From an uncultured bacterium (GTDB lineage Bacteria > DAOPZR01): DNA of 43,462 nt. The notes under the pieces were generated by a model. The model was not told where the DNA came from and ran no database searches. It worked only from the letters and a program-made list of their open reading frames with translations. The stretch covers positions 1 through 43,462 of the forward strand of contig CAZWUZ010000003.1 in assembly GCA_964637655.1 (NCBI GenBank), read 5' to 3'. The position numbers and the translations under genes were made by a program. Below are positions 1-8,461 of the stretch, piece by piece. The stretch's first letter is position 1. Each line of letters starts with the position of its first letter.

Positions 1-208
1 CCCTCCTGGCGGCAGCGACACGGCCCGCCTCCTTACCCGCGCTTGGTCGCTGCCTCCGCCCTCCTGGCGGCAGCGACACGGCCCGCCTCCTTACCCGCGC
101 TTGGTCGCTGCCTCCGCCCTCCTGGCGGCAGCGACACGGCCCGCCTCCTTACCCGCGCTTGGTCGCTGCCTTTGCCCTCCTGGCGGCAGCGACACGGCGC
201 GCCTCCTG
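1..208. repeat. 58-bp tandem repeat, about 3.5 visible copies, possibly continuing past the window start
   Basis: The unit CCCTCCTGGCGGCAGCGACACGGCCCGCCTCCTTACCCGCGCTTGGTCGCTGCCTCCG starts at 1, 59, 117 and 175 (the last copy is partial and diverged). Each unit has an internal inverted repeat GGCAGCGAC/GTCGCTGCC. Confidence 0.95.
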
Positions 209-211
209 CGC

Positions 212-240
212 TTGACTTTCCCGACGGGAAGCAGTATCCT
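212..240 (+). promoter_or_regulatory. sigma70-type promoter for the adenosine deaminase operon
   Basis: TTGACT(212-217)-17 bp-TATCCT(235-240); GGAGA RBS precedes the ATG at 267. Confidence 0.6.
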
Positions 241-266
241 TGCGGGCACACAAACGGAGAGAGCCC

Positions 267-1481
267 ATGCTGAAGAAATTTGCCACCCTCAAGGGGAAAA
301 GCGTCGCGCAGATTGCCGCCGCCACCCGCATCAAGCCCGCCCTGGTCCAGAAAAACCGCCGCATCATCTGCGACATTTTCGAACTGCCCAAGGTCGACCT
401 GCACGTGCATATCGGCGGTTCGCTGCGCGTCGAAACAATTATCGAACTCGCGCAGCAGCAGGGGATCAAACTGCCCACCACCACTCCCGCCAAGCTTCGG
501 GCCCTCTGCAGTCGCGACAGTTATCCCAACCTCGAGGGCTACCTCAAGTATTTTCCGCTGATGGAGTCGGTGCTGCAGGAGCCCGCCGCGCTCGAACGCG
601 GCGCATACGAAGTCGCCATGGACATGGCGGCGGAGAACGTCTGCTACTGCGAACTGCGCTTTGCCCCGATGAACTACACGCACAAGGGCATGCGCCCGCA
701 CGAGGTGGTGCAGGCGGTCGCGCGCGGACTCGACCGGGCGCAGGAAGAGACCGGGATCGTCGCCAACATGATCCTCTGCGCCCTGCGCATCTACAACCGG
801 AACATGACCCCCTACCACAAGAAAATGGCGGCTTTCTTTTCCTGCTTCAACAACAAGCAGCTGGCGCAGGAAGTGGCGCGCAACACCGCGGTACTGGCAG
901 TCAACGCGCGCAAGGTGGACAATATCCGCCGCGTCGTCGGCTTTGATATCGCCGGCCCCGAGGAGGGCTACCCGGCCAAGAACTTCGTCGAAGCGTTCAA
1001 GCTGATCACCAAGGCGGGACTCTACAACACCTGCCACGCGGGCGAGGGGTTCGGCTGGGAGAGCATCAAGCAGGCGCTGGTCGACTGCAACGTCGACCGC
1101 ATCGGGCACGGCACCAACCTGCTGCACAACGAGACGCTGCTCGAATACTGCGCCGGCATGCGCCGCGTCCCCATCGAGGTCTGCCTGACCAGCAACGCGC
1201 AGACCTGCCCCGACCTCGCCGACCTGGACCGGCATCCGCTGCGCGAGTTCCGCCGCCACAATCTGCGTGTCATCCTCTGCACCGACAACCGCCTGGTTTC
1301 GAACACCACCAAGACCAAGGAGGATTTTCTCGCCCACCGGCACCATGATTTTTCGCTGGCTGACCTGGTAACGACGGAAATCAACGGGCTGAAGAGCGCC
1401 TTCATGCACTCACAGACGCGGCGCGAACTCATTCCCGACTTCATCTCCTACGTCAAGCGACGCTACCGCCTCGACTTCTGA
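267..1481 (+). CDS. add: adenosine deaminase family protein (amidohydrolase)
   Basis: Motifs LPKVDLHVHIGGS, YCELRFAP, VVGFDIAGPE, HAGE, RIGHG, IEVCLTSN, CTDN. Start placed at the ATG at 267 after GGAGA. Confidence 0.85.
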   Translation: MLKKFATLKGKSVAQIAAATRIKPALVQKNRRIICDIFELPKVDLHVHIGGSLRVETIIELAQQQGIKLPTTTPAKLRALCSRDSYPNLEGYLKYFPLMESVLQEPAALERGAYEVAMDMAAENVCYCELRFAPMNYTHKGMRPHEVVQAVARGLDRAQEETGIVANMILCALRIYNRNMTPYHKKMAAFFSCFNNKQLAQEVARNTAVLAVNARKVDNIRRVVGFDIAGPEEGYPAKNFVEAFKLITKAGLYNTCHAGEGFGWESIKQALVDCNVDRIGHGTNLLHNETLLEYCAGMRRVPIEVCLTSNAQTCPDLADLDRHPLREFRRHNLRVILCTDNRLVSNTTKTKEDFLAHRHHDFSLADLVTTEINGLKSAFMHSQTRRELIPDFISYVKRRYRLDF

Positions 1482-1525
1482 TACTCAAGCTCGCCCACCC
1501 GACGATCAACGTCACGCGCCTTCTC

Positions 1526-2518
1526 GTGGCGCTGTTTCTGCTCGCGTTTGTCGCCGCGGCCGGCGTGCTCGGGTACATGCGCATCGAGAGCTACAGTTTT
1601 CTCGAGGCGCTGTACATGACGGTCATCACCCTGGCCACTATCGGCTTCCGCGAGATCCGGCCCCTCTCCGAGGCAGGGATGATATTCACCATCCTGCTGG
1701 TCCTCTTCGGCATCGGGGTCGCCACCTACTGTCTTTCGACCATCGTCGCGTTTGTCGCCGACGGCCATCTCAACAGCATCGTCAGAAAACGGAGGCTTGC
1801 GCGCAAAATGCAACGGCACAAGGACCATTTCATCGTCTGCGGCGGCGGCCAGCTGGGCAGCCATGTCATCGAGGAGTTGCGCCAGGCGGGCACCGACCTG
1901 GTGGTGATCGAGCGGGACGAGGCGGCGGCCGAGCGCCTGCGCCTGCAGTACGGCGAGGAACTGCTCATCGAGGTGGCCGACGCGACCAAAAAAGAATCCC
2001 TGCTGCGCGCGGGCATCGAGCGCGCCAAAGGGGTCATCTGCACGCTGTCGCACGACGCCGACAACATCTACCTGATTCTCACCGCCAAGGACCTGCGCCC
2101 GGACATCTACATTGTCAGCACCTGTTATGATCCCGAGGCCGAGGCGAAGGTTTACAAGTCGGGCGCCGACAAGGTCATCATGCCTAAGGTGCTGGCCGGC
2201 ATCCGCCTCGCCTCGTACATCCTGCGCCCCGCGATCTGCTCGTTCATCGATGTCATCACCCGCGCCGAGGACGTTTCGCTGCGTCTCGAGGAGATTGCCA
2301 TCCCTCCGGAGTCACATCTCGCCGGCAAGACCCTGCGTGATTCGCGCATCACCCAGCACACGCACACCATCGTCGTCGCCATCAAGCGTCCGGACGGGCA
2401 GTTGATTGCCAACCCGCTGTCGCCCACCGTGCTGCAGGCGAATGATGCGCTCATCATCCTCGGCGACGAAGAGCACGTCGCCAAGATGCGGCGCTACATC
2501 AGCAATCCCGAAATTTAG
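1526..2518 (+). CDS. two-TM potassium channel with TrkA-N/TrkA-C (RCK) domains
   Basis: Pore signature ALYMTVITLATIGF between two TM helices, Rossmann HFIVCGGGQLG, DAT and GAD motifs, and C-terminal TrkA-C (LAGKTLRD...VVAIKR). The frame is open back to the add stop, so the true start may be near 1478-1481. Confidence 0.85.
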   Translation: MALFLLAFVAAAGVLGYMRIESYSFLEALYMTVITLATIGFREIRPLSEAGMIFTILLVLFGIGVATYCLSTIVAFVADGHLNSIVRKRRLARKMQRHKDHFIVCGGGQLGSHVIEELRQAGTDLVVIERDEAAAERLRLQYGEELLIEVADATKKESLLRAGIERAKGVICTLSHDADNIYLILTAKDLRPDIYIVSTCYDPEAEAKVYKSGADKVIMPKVLAGIRLASYILRPAICSFIDVITRAEDVSLRLEEIAIPPESHLAGKTLRDSRITQHTHTIVVAIKRPDGQLIANPLSPTVLQANDALIILGDEEHVAKMRRYISNPEI

Positions 2519-2550
2519 CGCCCGGCCGGCATTCGCGCCCGCGCCACGTC

Positions 2551-3600
2551 TCAGGCCTGCGGCCGCGCCCGCGCCGCATCCCAGTCGGCCACCGCGCGTT
2601 TCGCCTGCCCGGCGCGCGTGAACAGTCCCAGGTGGCGCATCCAGTCACCCGCGGCGGCGAAGGCGGCGGCGTCCGCCATGGTCGACGGCAGTTCTGCCGT
2701 GTCCATCGTCGCTGTCCAGATGAGCAGGCGCAAACCGTTGTTGTCCGCCTGTACCAGCAGGCGACGCAGGTATTCCGCCTGCGCCGCGTCACCGTCGGCG
2801 GTCGGCCACGACGTCTCAAATATTCCCCACTGACTGCCCGTGCTTTCCTGCAGGCGACGGGCGACGGCGAAATAACCGTCCGGCAGTTCGCCATCGTGCA
2901 CTCCACCCAGATGCGGATAGACCGACAGCCCGAGCAGGTCAAGAGCACCGGTCAGCGCGCGCAGCGGTGCTTCTTCCGGTCCGCCGGGCCAGTGCGGATC
3001 ACGTCCCGTTAGCAGTTCGTACTGGAACGTTACCAGTGCCGTCGTGCCTGACGGCAGCACCGCCCGGACGCGGCGGAAGAGGGCAACGAACGCGGCAAAG
3101 TCGTCCGGCTGCAGCCGCGCGTAGTAATTCACTTCGACCCCGAGCACGAGATAAGCCGGCTGGTAGCGCCTCACCAGTTCCTGTGCGTCGCGCAGGAACA
3201 CCGCCTGCACCGCGGTATCGCTGAACCGCCAGTCGTCGCCGCCGGCCAGGGCGCGGCGCGACGGGTCCTGCCAGTCGAGCGCGATAACCAGCGGGCGGTT
3301 GTGTTCGCGGGCGATACCGCTGATCCACGCCGCCTGCTGCACCGCGTCACTGCCCGGATACCACGGTACCTGCACCTGCAGCACATCACTGTGCGCCAGG
3401 GTCAGCCCCACGCCGAGTGGCGCAAGCCGTTCCGCCTCCGCGGCGTCACGCCACGGCGGCCAGAACGTCATCCCCATGGCAAACGGGCGCAGATCGCTGG
3501 ACACCGGGCGATAACAGGCAGCAAGGATAACGAGCAGGCACGCAGCGGCGAGCAACCGCCGGCGGTTCAGGTCAGGCAGGCGGCGGCCCGGAGACAGCAT
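2551..3600 (-). CDS. putative lipoprotein, clan GH-A-like glycoside hydrolase (TIM barrel)
   Basis: Basic N-region, hydrophobic stretch and lipobox ILAAC. Candidate catalytic Glu motifs LVLGVEVN and WGIFETSW, plus GLSVYP. Start placed at the ATG at 3600, overlapping the response regulator end. Confidence 0.55.
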   Translation of the reverse strand: MLSPGRRLPDLNRRRLLAAACLLVILAACYRPVSSDLRPFAMGMTFWPPWRDAAEAERLAPLGVGLTLAHSDVLQVQVPWYPGSDAVQQAAWISGIAREHNRPLVIALDWQDPSRRALAGGDDWRFSDTAVQAVFLRDAQELVRRYQPAYLVLGVEVNYYARLQPDDFAAFVALFRRVRAVLPSGTTALVTFQYELLTGRDPHWPGGPEEAPLRALTGALDLLGLSVYPHLGGVHDGELPDGYFAVARRLQESTGSQWGIFETSWPTADGDAAQAEYLRRLLVQADNNGLRLLIWTATMDTAELPSTMADAAAFAAAGDWMRHLGLFTRAGQAKRAVADWDAARARPQA

Positions 3601-3970
3601 CGCGTTTCGCCAGCAGGTCGGTAATGCGCAGGACGAGTTTGACCGGATCAACCGGCTTGACCATGTAGTCAGTCGCCCCGAGCTGCCGGACCCGCAGTAC
3701 ATCCTCATGTTTCGTACTCGTGGAAATGATGATGACGGGAATGCGGGCGGCCTGAATATCCTGCCTGAGGTTTTCCAGCACGGTAAACCCGTCCACCTCG
3801 GGCATGTAGAGATCGAGCAGGATGAGGTCGGGCGGCGTTCCGGTCAGCGCGCGCACCAGCGCCTCGCGCCCGTTTTCCGCCTCGTGCACGGTATGCCCGT
3901 GCGCGCGCAACGTCTGGCTCAGCTTGGCGCGGATCAGCCGCGTATCGTCGGCAATGAGGATGGTCGCCAT
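3572..3970 (-). CDS. single-domain response regulator (CheY-like receiver)
   Basis: ILIADD, PDLILLDLYMPEVDG (phospho-acceptor Asp), IIIST, GATDYMVKP. Confidence 0.9.
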   Translation of the reverse strand: MATILIADDTRLIRAKLSQTLRAHGHTVHEAENGREALVRALTGTPPDLILLDLYMPEVDGFTVLENLRQDIQAARIPVIIISTSTKHEDVLRVRQLGATDYMVKPVDPVKLVLRITDLLAKRDAVSGPPPA

Positions 3971-3973
3971 CGT

Positions 3974-5173
3974 CTATTCCAGGGCGTGGATGCCGCCGTC
4001 GGCGGCAACGCGAGTGCCCGTGCGGCGCGAGTAGCCATCGAGCATGCCGATGATGCGCGCACGCGTCGTGTCATCCGGCAGCAGCGGGATATAGCAGTTG
4101 CCCGGCCCGTCCTTGTCGCGCAGCGGGATGATCTGCGCCTCCGCCACGCGCTTATCGCGGATGGTGACGCGCAGCAGCCCGGTATCGCGGAAACTGCGCC
4201 CGGAATGCCCGAACAGGAAATTGCCCATGCTGTAGGCGATGAGGCCGCGCCCGCGCCGTTCAAACCCGAGAATACAGTGCGGGTGATGACCGTGCACGAT
4301 GTCGGCGCCGGCATCGATGGCTGCCCGCGCCGCAGACGTCTGCCGTTCCGTCAGTTCCTGCCGTTCGATTCCCATGTGGAGGGAAACGATGACGATGTCG
4401 GCCCCGTGCTCCGCACGGGCGGCGGCGCTGCTGCGCTGCAGCAGTTCCGGCGTCGGGCGATTGACATACGGGGCCACTTCCGCGGGGACCACGTCGTTGA
4501 AGGCGAGAAAAGCGACGGTAACCCCGTTGCGCGCCAGCAGCACCGGGCGCAGCGCCTCCGCGCGGGTCAGCCCCGCACCGGTGTAGGGGATGCCGGCCGC
4601 TGCGAAATGCCGCAGGGTTTCCGCAAACGCCGCCGGCCCGAAATCACCGACATGGTTGTTGCCCAGCGTCACCGCGTCGATGCCGAGCCGGCGCAGAAAT
4701 GTCAGCCGGTCCGGGGTAGCGCGGAACGCATACGGCTTCGACGGGTGGCGGCTGCCGCCGGTGGCTACCGGGCACTCGAAATTCGCGAAGGTCAGGTCTG
4801 CATCCCGGACGAGTGCCACGACCCGGTCGAACCCGTAGGGCGGGTCATCGCCGAGCAGTGCTTCCGGCACTTCCGCCGGCTGCACGTCGCCGATCAGGTT
4901 GATGGTGAGTGTCCCGTCAACTGCCGTCGGGACAACCGTCACTGCCCGGGCGGTGGCGCTGCTGTCGTCGCTAACCGGCGGGGCAACGACCGTCAGCGTA
5001 CCGACCGCCGCTTCGACCGCCGCCATGGTCTCCAGCGGCGTCGTCGCCGCGGTGTCGTCGGCGGTCGCGCGCACGATGGCCACACCGCTCCCCCGCAGCA
5101 ACGCGAGCACGATCAACCAGCCCGGACGGAACCCGCGACGCGACCGCCGCGGCGAAAACACCTGCATCAGCAC
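3974..5173 (-). CDS. CapA/PgsA-family (poly-gamma-glutamate synthesis-like) metallophosphoesterase with signal/TM anchor
   Basis: LIGDV, ANFECPV, TLGNNHVGDFG, VSLHMG, DAGADIVHGHHPH, YSMGNFLF; N-terminal hydrophobic segment followed by a T/A-rich linker. Confidence 0.85.
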   Translation of the reverse strand: MLMQVFSPRRSRRGFRPGWLIVLALLRGSGVAIVRATADDTAATTPLETMAAVEAAVGTLTVVAPPVSDDSSATARAVTVVPTAVDGTLTINLIGDVQPAEVPEALLGDDPPYGFDRVVALVRDADLTFANFECPVATGGSRHPSKPYAFRATPDRLTFLRRLGIDAVTLGNNHVGDFGPAAFAETLRHFAAAGIPYTGAGLTRAEALRPVLLARNGVTVAFLAFNDVVPAEVAPYVNRPTPELLQRSSAAARAEHGADIVIVSLHMGIERQELTERQTSAARAAIDAGADIVHGHHPHCILGFERRGRGLIAYSMGNFLFGHSGRSFRDTGLLRVTIRDKRVAEAQIIPLRDKDGPGNCYIPLLPDDTTRARIIGMLDGYSRRTGTRVAADGGIHALE

Positions 5174-5212
5174 TCCCCTCCCGCACTCATCGCGCGTCAG
5201 TATACCGCATTT

Positions 5213-7619
5213 TCACCGGCCCGTCACCCGCCCGCGCCAGGTAAGGTGCGTGCGCCCCTGCTTTTCCTCCAGGGTAAACGTGTCGCCCGCGCTGGTGCGC
5301 ACGTCACCCGCCGGCAGTCCGGTAACCCACGACACCGCTGCCTGCTGCGCCAGCAGGTCGCGGTCTGCCACCGGGGCCGGCCACTCCTGCTGCAACGCGC
5401 AGCGCAGCAGCGCCACCGCGCGTTCGTCACGTTCCGCCTCGTAGGCGGCGCGGAACTGCGCGACAAATTCGCGCCGGCATTCGCGCAGGTGTTTCGGGTT
5501 GGCATACAGCCCGGGCTCGATCTGGTAGCGTGCCGACCCGAACAGCGGGGTGAGATGGGCCGGGGAGCAACTTTCGCCGCGCGTGGCTTCCGTCGGAAAG
5601 GGAAAGGCGACCGTGTGGCGGAACCGCCCGCACAGGCCGGTCAGCTGCAGCGTGTCCGTGGCGAGTTTCACCGTCTCGTAGCGCAGCGGCAGCTCGGTGA
5701 GTTTCGCCGGGTCGGGTCCCGTCCCGCCCGTGTACCTGTTGGCCACCAGATGGGCGGAGTGGATGGCGACGCCGACCACGCGCCAGCCGCGCGGCACCGG
5801 GGTCTGCAGCACCTGTCCCGCCTTGACGATGCTGACCGGATGGGTGCGCGCGTTGTACAGCCGCTTGAGCACGAACGGACGCTCGCTGAGGCGGTTGTCG
5901 CTGTCGCGCACGCTGAGCAGCAGGCCGTCACGCACCGCCAGCGGCACCGGCGCGGTGAACACCAGCATCTGCTCGTTATTGCGCTGCCCGCAGGTGAACG
6001 ACGGAACCGTCAGCCCGCGATGGCCCGCCGCGGTCGGGTCGGTCAGGTCGGCGGCCGCCGTCGTGCCATGGAAGAATCCCTCACCGCGCGTGCGCGACCA
6101 GATCACCGAGATGTCGCGCTGGAATTCCTCCGCCTGCACTTTCGCCAGCGTCCCGCCGCGCAGCATGGCGTTGCTCAGCGCCTGCGTGACACACCCGACA
6201 TAGGCAGCCGGTTTCAGGCGACCTTCGATTTTGACCGCATCGACCCCCGCTTCCGCCAGCGCGTTGAGCTGTCCCGTCAGATCGAGATCCTTCATGCTCA
6301 GCAGGTGGCCGCGCGCTTCACCCTCCGGTGTGTTGAACGGCAGGCGGCAGGCCTGCGCGCAGTTGCCGTAGTTGCCCGAGCGCCCCGCCACCGCCTCGCC
6401 CAGCAGGCAGCACCCCGACACGGCAAAGCACATTGCGCCGAAGACAAACGCCTCGAGTTCGAGTTTCGGGCAGGCGCGCCGGACCGCGGCGATATCGCGG
6501 CGCGAGAATTCGCGCGGCAGGATGACCCGCGTGCAGCCGAGCTGCTGCAGGCGATACGCGGCATCGGGAGTCAGCGCGGCACACTGCGTGCTCGCGTGGA
6601 TGGCAAGGCCGGGGCACTGTTCGCGCGCGAGACGCATGAGCATCTCGTCGCGCAGGATGACCGCATCGACCCCCGCCTGATGGCAGGCAGCAAGCACGCG
6701 CACCGCCTCCGCGCGTTTCGCTTCCGCTACCGGCACATTGAGGGCGATATACAGTTTCACCGACCGCGCCTGCAGCCAGCCCGCCAGTGCCGGCAACTGG
6801 TCAACCGCAAGGTTTTGCGCCGTGGCACGGGCGTTGAGCGTACCCACCCCGGCGTAGACAGCGTTGGCGCCGTGCGCCACCGCGGCCGCGATGGCATCGA
6901 GCGAGCCGCCCGGCGCGAGGATTTCCAGCGGTTTCTTCATCGGCTTCACCCGGAACGGTGATGGCCCCCGTCCGGATGCTGCATCGCGCTTGTTGCCCCC
7001 GGTAAACGGCTTTTTTCCCGCCGACACCGGTTTACTGTCACGGCGCGGTGCGTCGCTGCGCGGCTTGCCGCTCCACGCCGGCTTGCCAGCAAAGGCCGGT
7101 TTCCCCTCACGACGCGGTGCGTCGCTGCGCGGCTTGCCGCTCCACGCCGGCTTGCCAGCAAAGGCCGNNNNNNNNNNNNNNNNNNNNNNNNNNNNNNNNN
7201 NNNNNNNNNNNNNNNNNNNNNNNNNNNNNNNNNNNNNNNNNNNNNNNNNNNNNNNNNNNNNNNNNNNGTTTCCCCTCACGACGCGGTGCGTCGCTGCGCG
7301 GTTTGCCGCTCCACGCCGGCTTGCCAGCAAAGGCCGGTTTCCCCTCACGACGCGGTGCGTCGCTGCGCGGTTTGCCGCTCCACGCCGGCTTGCCAGCAAA
7401 GGCCGGTTTCCCCTCACGACGCGGTGCGTCGCTGCGCGGTTTGCCGCTCCACGCCGGCTTGCCAGCAAAGGCCGGTTTCCCCTCACGACGCGGTGCGTCG
7501 CTGCGCGGTTTGCCGCTCCACGCCGGCTTCCCCGCATGCGCCGGTTTGCTGCCCGCGCGCGCGCCGCCGCCGGGTTGCCGCACTCCGCCCTTTTTGCGCC
7601 ACACCTTTTTTTCTGTCAT
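5213..7619 (-). CDS. peptidase U32-family Fe-S protein (RlhA/TrhP-like RNA hydroxylase) with N-terminal 23-aa tandem repeats; spans the assembly gap
   Basis: LEILAPGGS, GANAVYAG, IHASTQ, ELEAFVFGAMCFAVSGCC, SGNYGNCAQACR, LLSMKDL, KIEGRLK. Start MTEKKV at ATG 7619 with a GGAGG RBS. The frame change across the 100-N gap is an artefact. Confidence 0.8.
7030..7543 (-). repeat. 69-bp coding tandem repeat (GKPAFAGKPAWSGKPRSDAPRRE), at least 6 copies, interrupted by the 100-N gap
   Basis: Units start (+ strand) at 7030 (diverged), 7099, 7268, 7337, 7406 and 7475 (diverged end). Confidence 0.95.
7168..7267. other. assembly gap (100 N placeholder)
   Basis: Run of N inside the 69-bp tandem repeat. 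Confidence 1.
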
Positions 7620-7635
7620 GACCGCCTCCGCAGGC

Positions 7636-7686
7636 AGTATACCATACCGGCTCTCAGTTGACGCGCACTGACGGAAGAGGTATACC
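7636..7686. promoter_or_regulatory. divergent promoters for the U32 gene (-) and mtgA (+)
   Basis: Minus strand: extended -10 TGgTATACT (7644-7636). Plus strand: TTGACG(7658-7663)-17 bp-TATACC(7681-7686). Confidence 0.55.
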
Positions 7687-7695
7687 GCCGCGGTC

Positions 7696-8406
7696 ATGGG
7701 AAAACGCGGTTGCCGGTCCTGCCTCACCTGGACGTTCCGACTCTGCTGGCGCCTCAGTTGCCTCGCCGTGCTGCTTGCGGTACTGGGGCCGGTCTGTCTC
7801 ATCCTGCCGCTACGCTGGCTGCCGCCGGCCGGCACGATGTTCATGGGTATCCGTACGGTCGAACGCGCTGCCGCGCGCACCTGGCCGCCCGTCCCGTACC
7901 GCGACTGGGAACCGCTGGCCAATATCTCGCGCAATCTGCAGCGCGCGGCAGTCGCCAGCGAGGACGCGACGTTCTACCAGCACCACGGTTTCGATATCAG
8001 GCAGATCAAAGAGGCATGGCGCACCCGGCAGCGCGGCGGGCGCATGCGCGGCGCGTCGACCATTACCCAGCAGCTGGCGAAGAACCTGTTTCTCTGCGCG
8101 GGCGGCGGGTTCGTGCGCAAGGGGGTCGAAGCGTATCTCACCGTCTGGCTGGAGCTGCTCCTCCCCAAGGCGCGCATCCTCGAACTCTATCTCAACAGCG
8201 CGGAGTGGGGGCCGGGCCTGTTCGGTGCCGAGGCGGCGGCGCGCCACTGGTTCCGCAAGCCGGCGGCGGAACTGACGGCGGTGGAGGCGGCGCGCCTCGC
8301 TGCCATTCTCCCCAGCCCGCAGAAGTGGAGCCCGCACGGCCGCTACGCGGGGAGCCGGGTCGGCTTCCTCACCGGGCGCATGCGCGGCATCCCGGCGGCG
8401 AATTGA
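7696..8406 (+). CDS. mtgA: monofunctional biosynthetic peptidoglycan transglycosylase
   Basis: GT51 motifs ASEDATFYQHHGFD, RGASTITQQLAKNLFL, RKGVE, KARILELYLNSAEWG, LAAILPSP; N-terminal TM. Confidence 0.92.
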   Translation: MGKRGCRSCLTWTFRLCWRLSCLAVLLAVLGPVCLILPLRWLPPAGTMFMGIRTVERAAARTWPPVPYRDWEPLANISRNLQRAAVASEDATFYQHHGFDIRQIKEAWRTRQRGGRMRGASTITQQLAKNLFLCAGGGFVRKGVEAYLTVWLELLLPKARILELYLNSAEWGPGLFGAEAAARHWFRKPAAELTAVEAARLAAILPSPQKWSPHGRYAGSRVGFLTGRMRGIPAAN

Positions 8407-8431
8407 CATGTTCCCGTCGGTGCGCTACAAT
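8403..8431 (+). promoter_or_regulatory. sigma70-type promoter
   Basis: TTGACA(8403-8408)-17 bp-TACAAT(8426-8431); GGAGG RBS precedes the ATG at 8462. Confidence 0.75.
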
Positions 8432-8461
8432 GCGCCACTGACGAAACGGAGGCCATACCCC

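Noticed and set aside
1..208. CRISPR array interpretation of the 58-bp repeat
   Set aside because: The units are contiguous and near-identical with no unique spacers, and no cas genes are present in the window.
267..1481. Anti-phage deaminase (RADAR RdrB or CRISPR-associated Cad1 type)
   Set aside because: There is no partner AAA+ ATPase, CARF domain or defence-island context, and the size fits an ordinary ADA-family enzyme.
3974..5173. Poly-gamma-glutamate capsule locus
   Set aside because: capB and capC are absent from the window; lone CapA-domain proteins are widespread.
3707..6961. 1084-aa plus-strand ORF
   Set aside because: It is an antisense shadow of the response regulator, capA and U32 genes, is R/A/G-rich with no motifs, and is expected in high-GC DNA.
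7107..7619. Frameshift, pseudogene or programmed recoding in the U32 gene
   Set aside because: The frame change arises from the arbitrary 100-N gap; the flanks join in repeat register.
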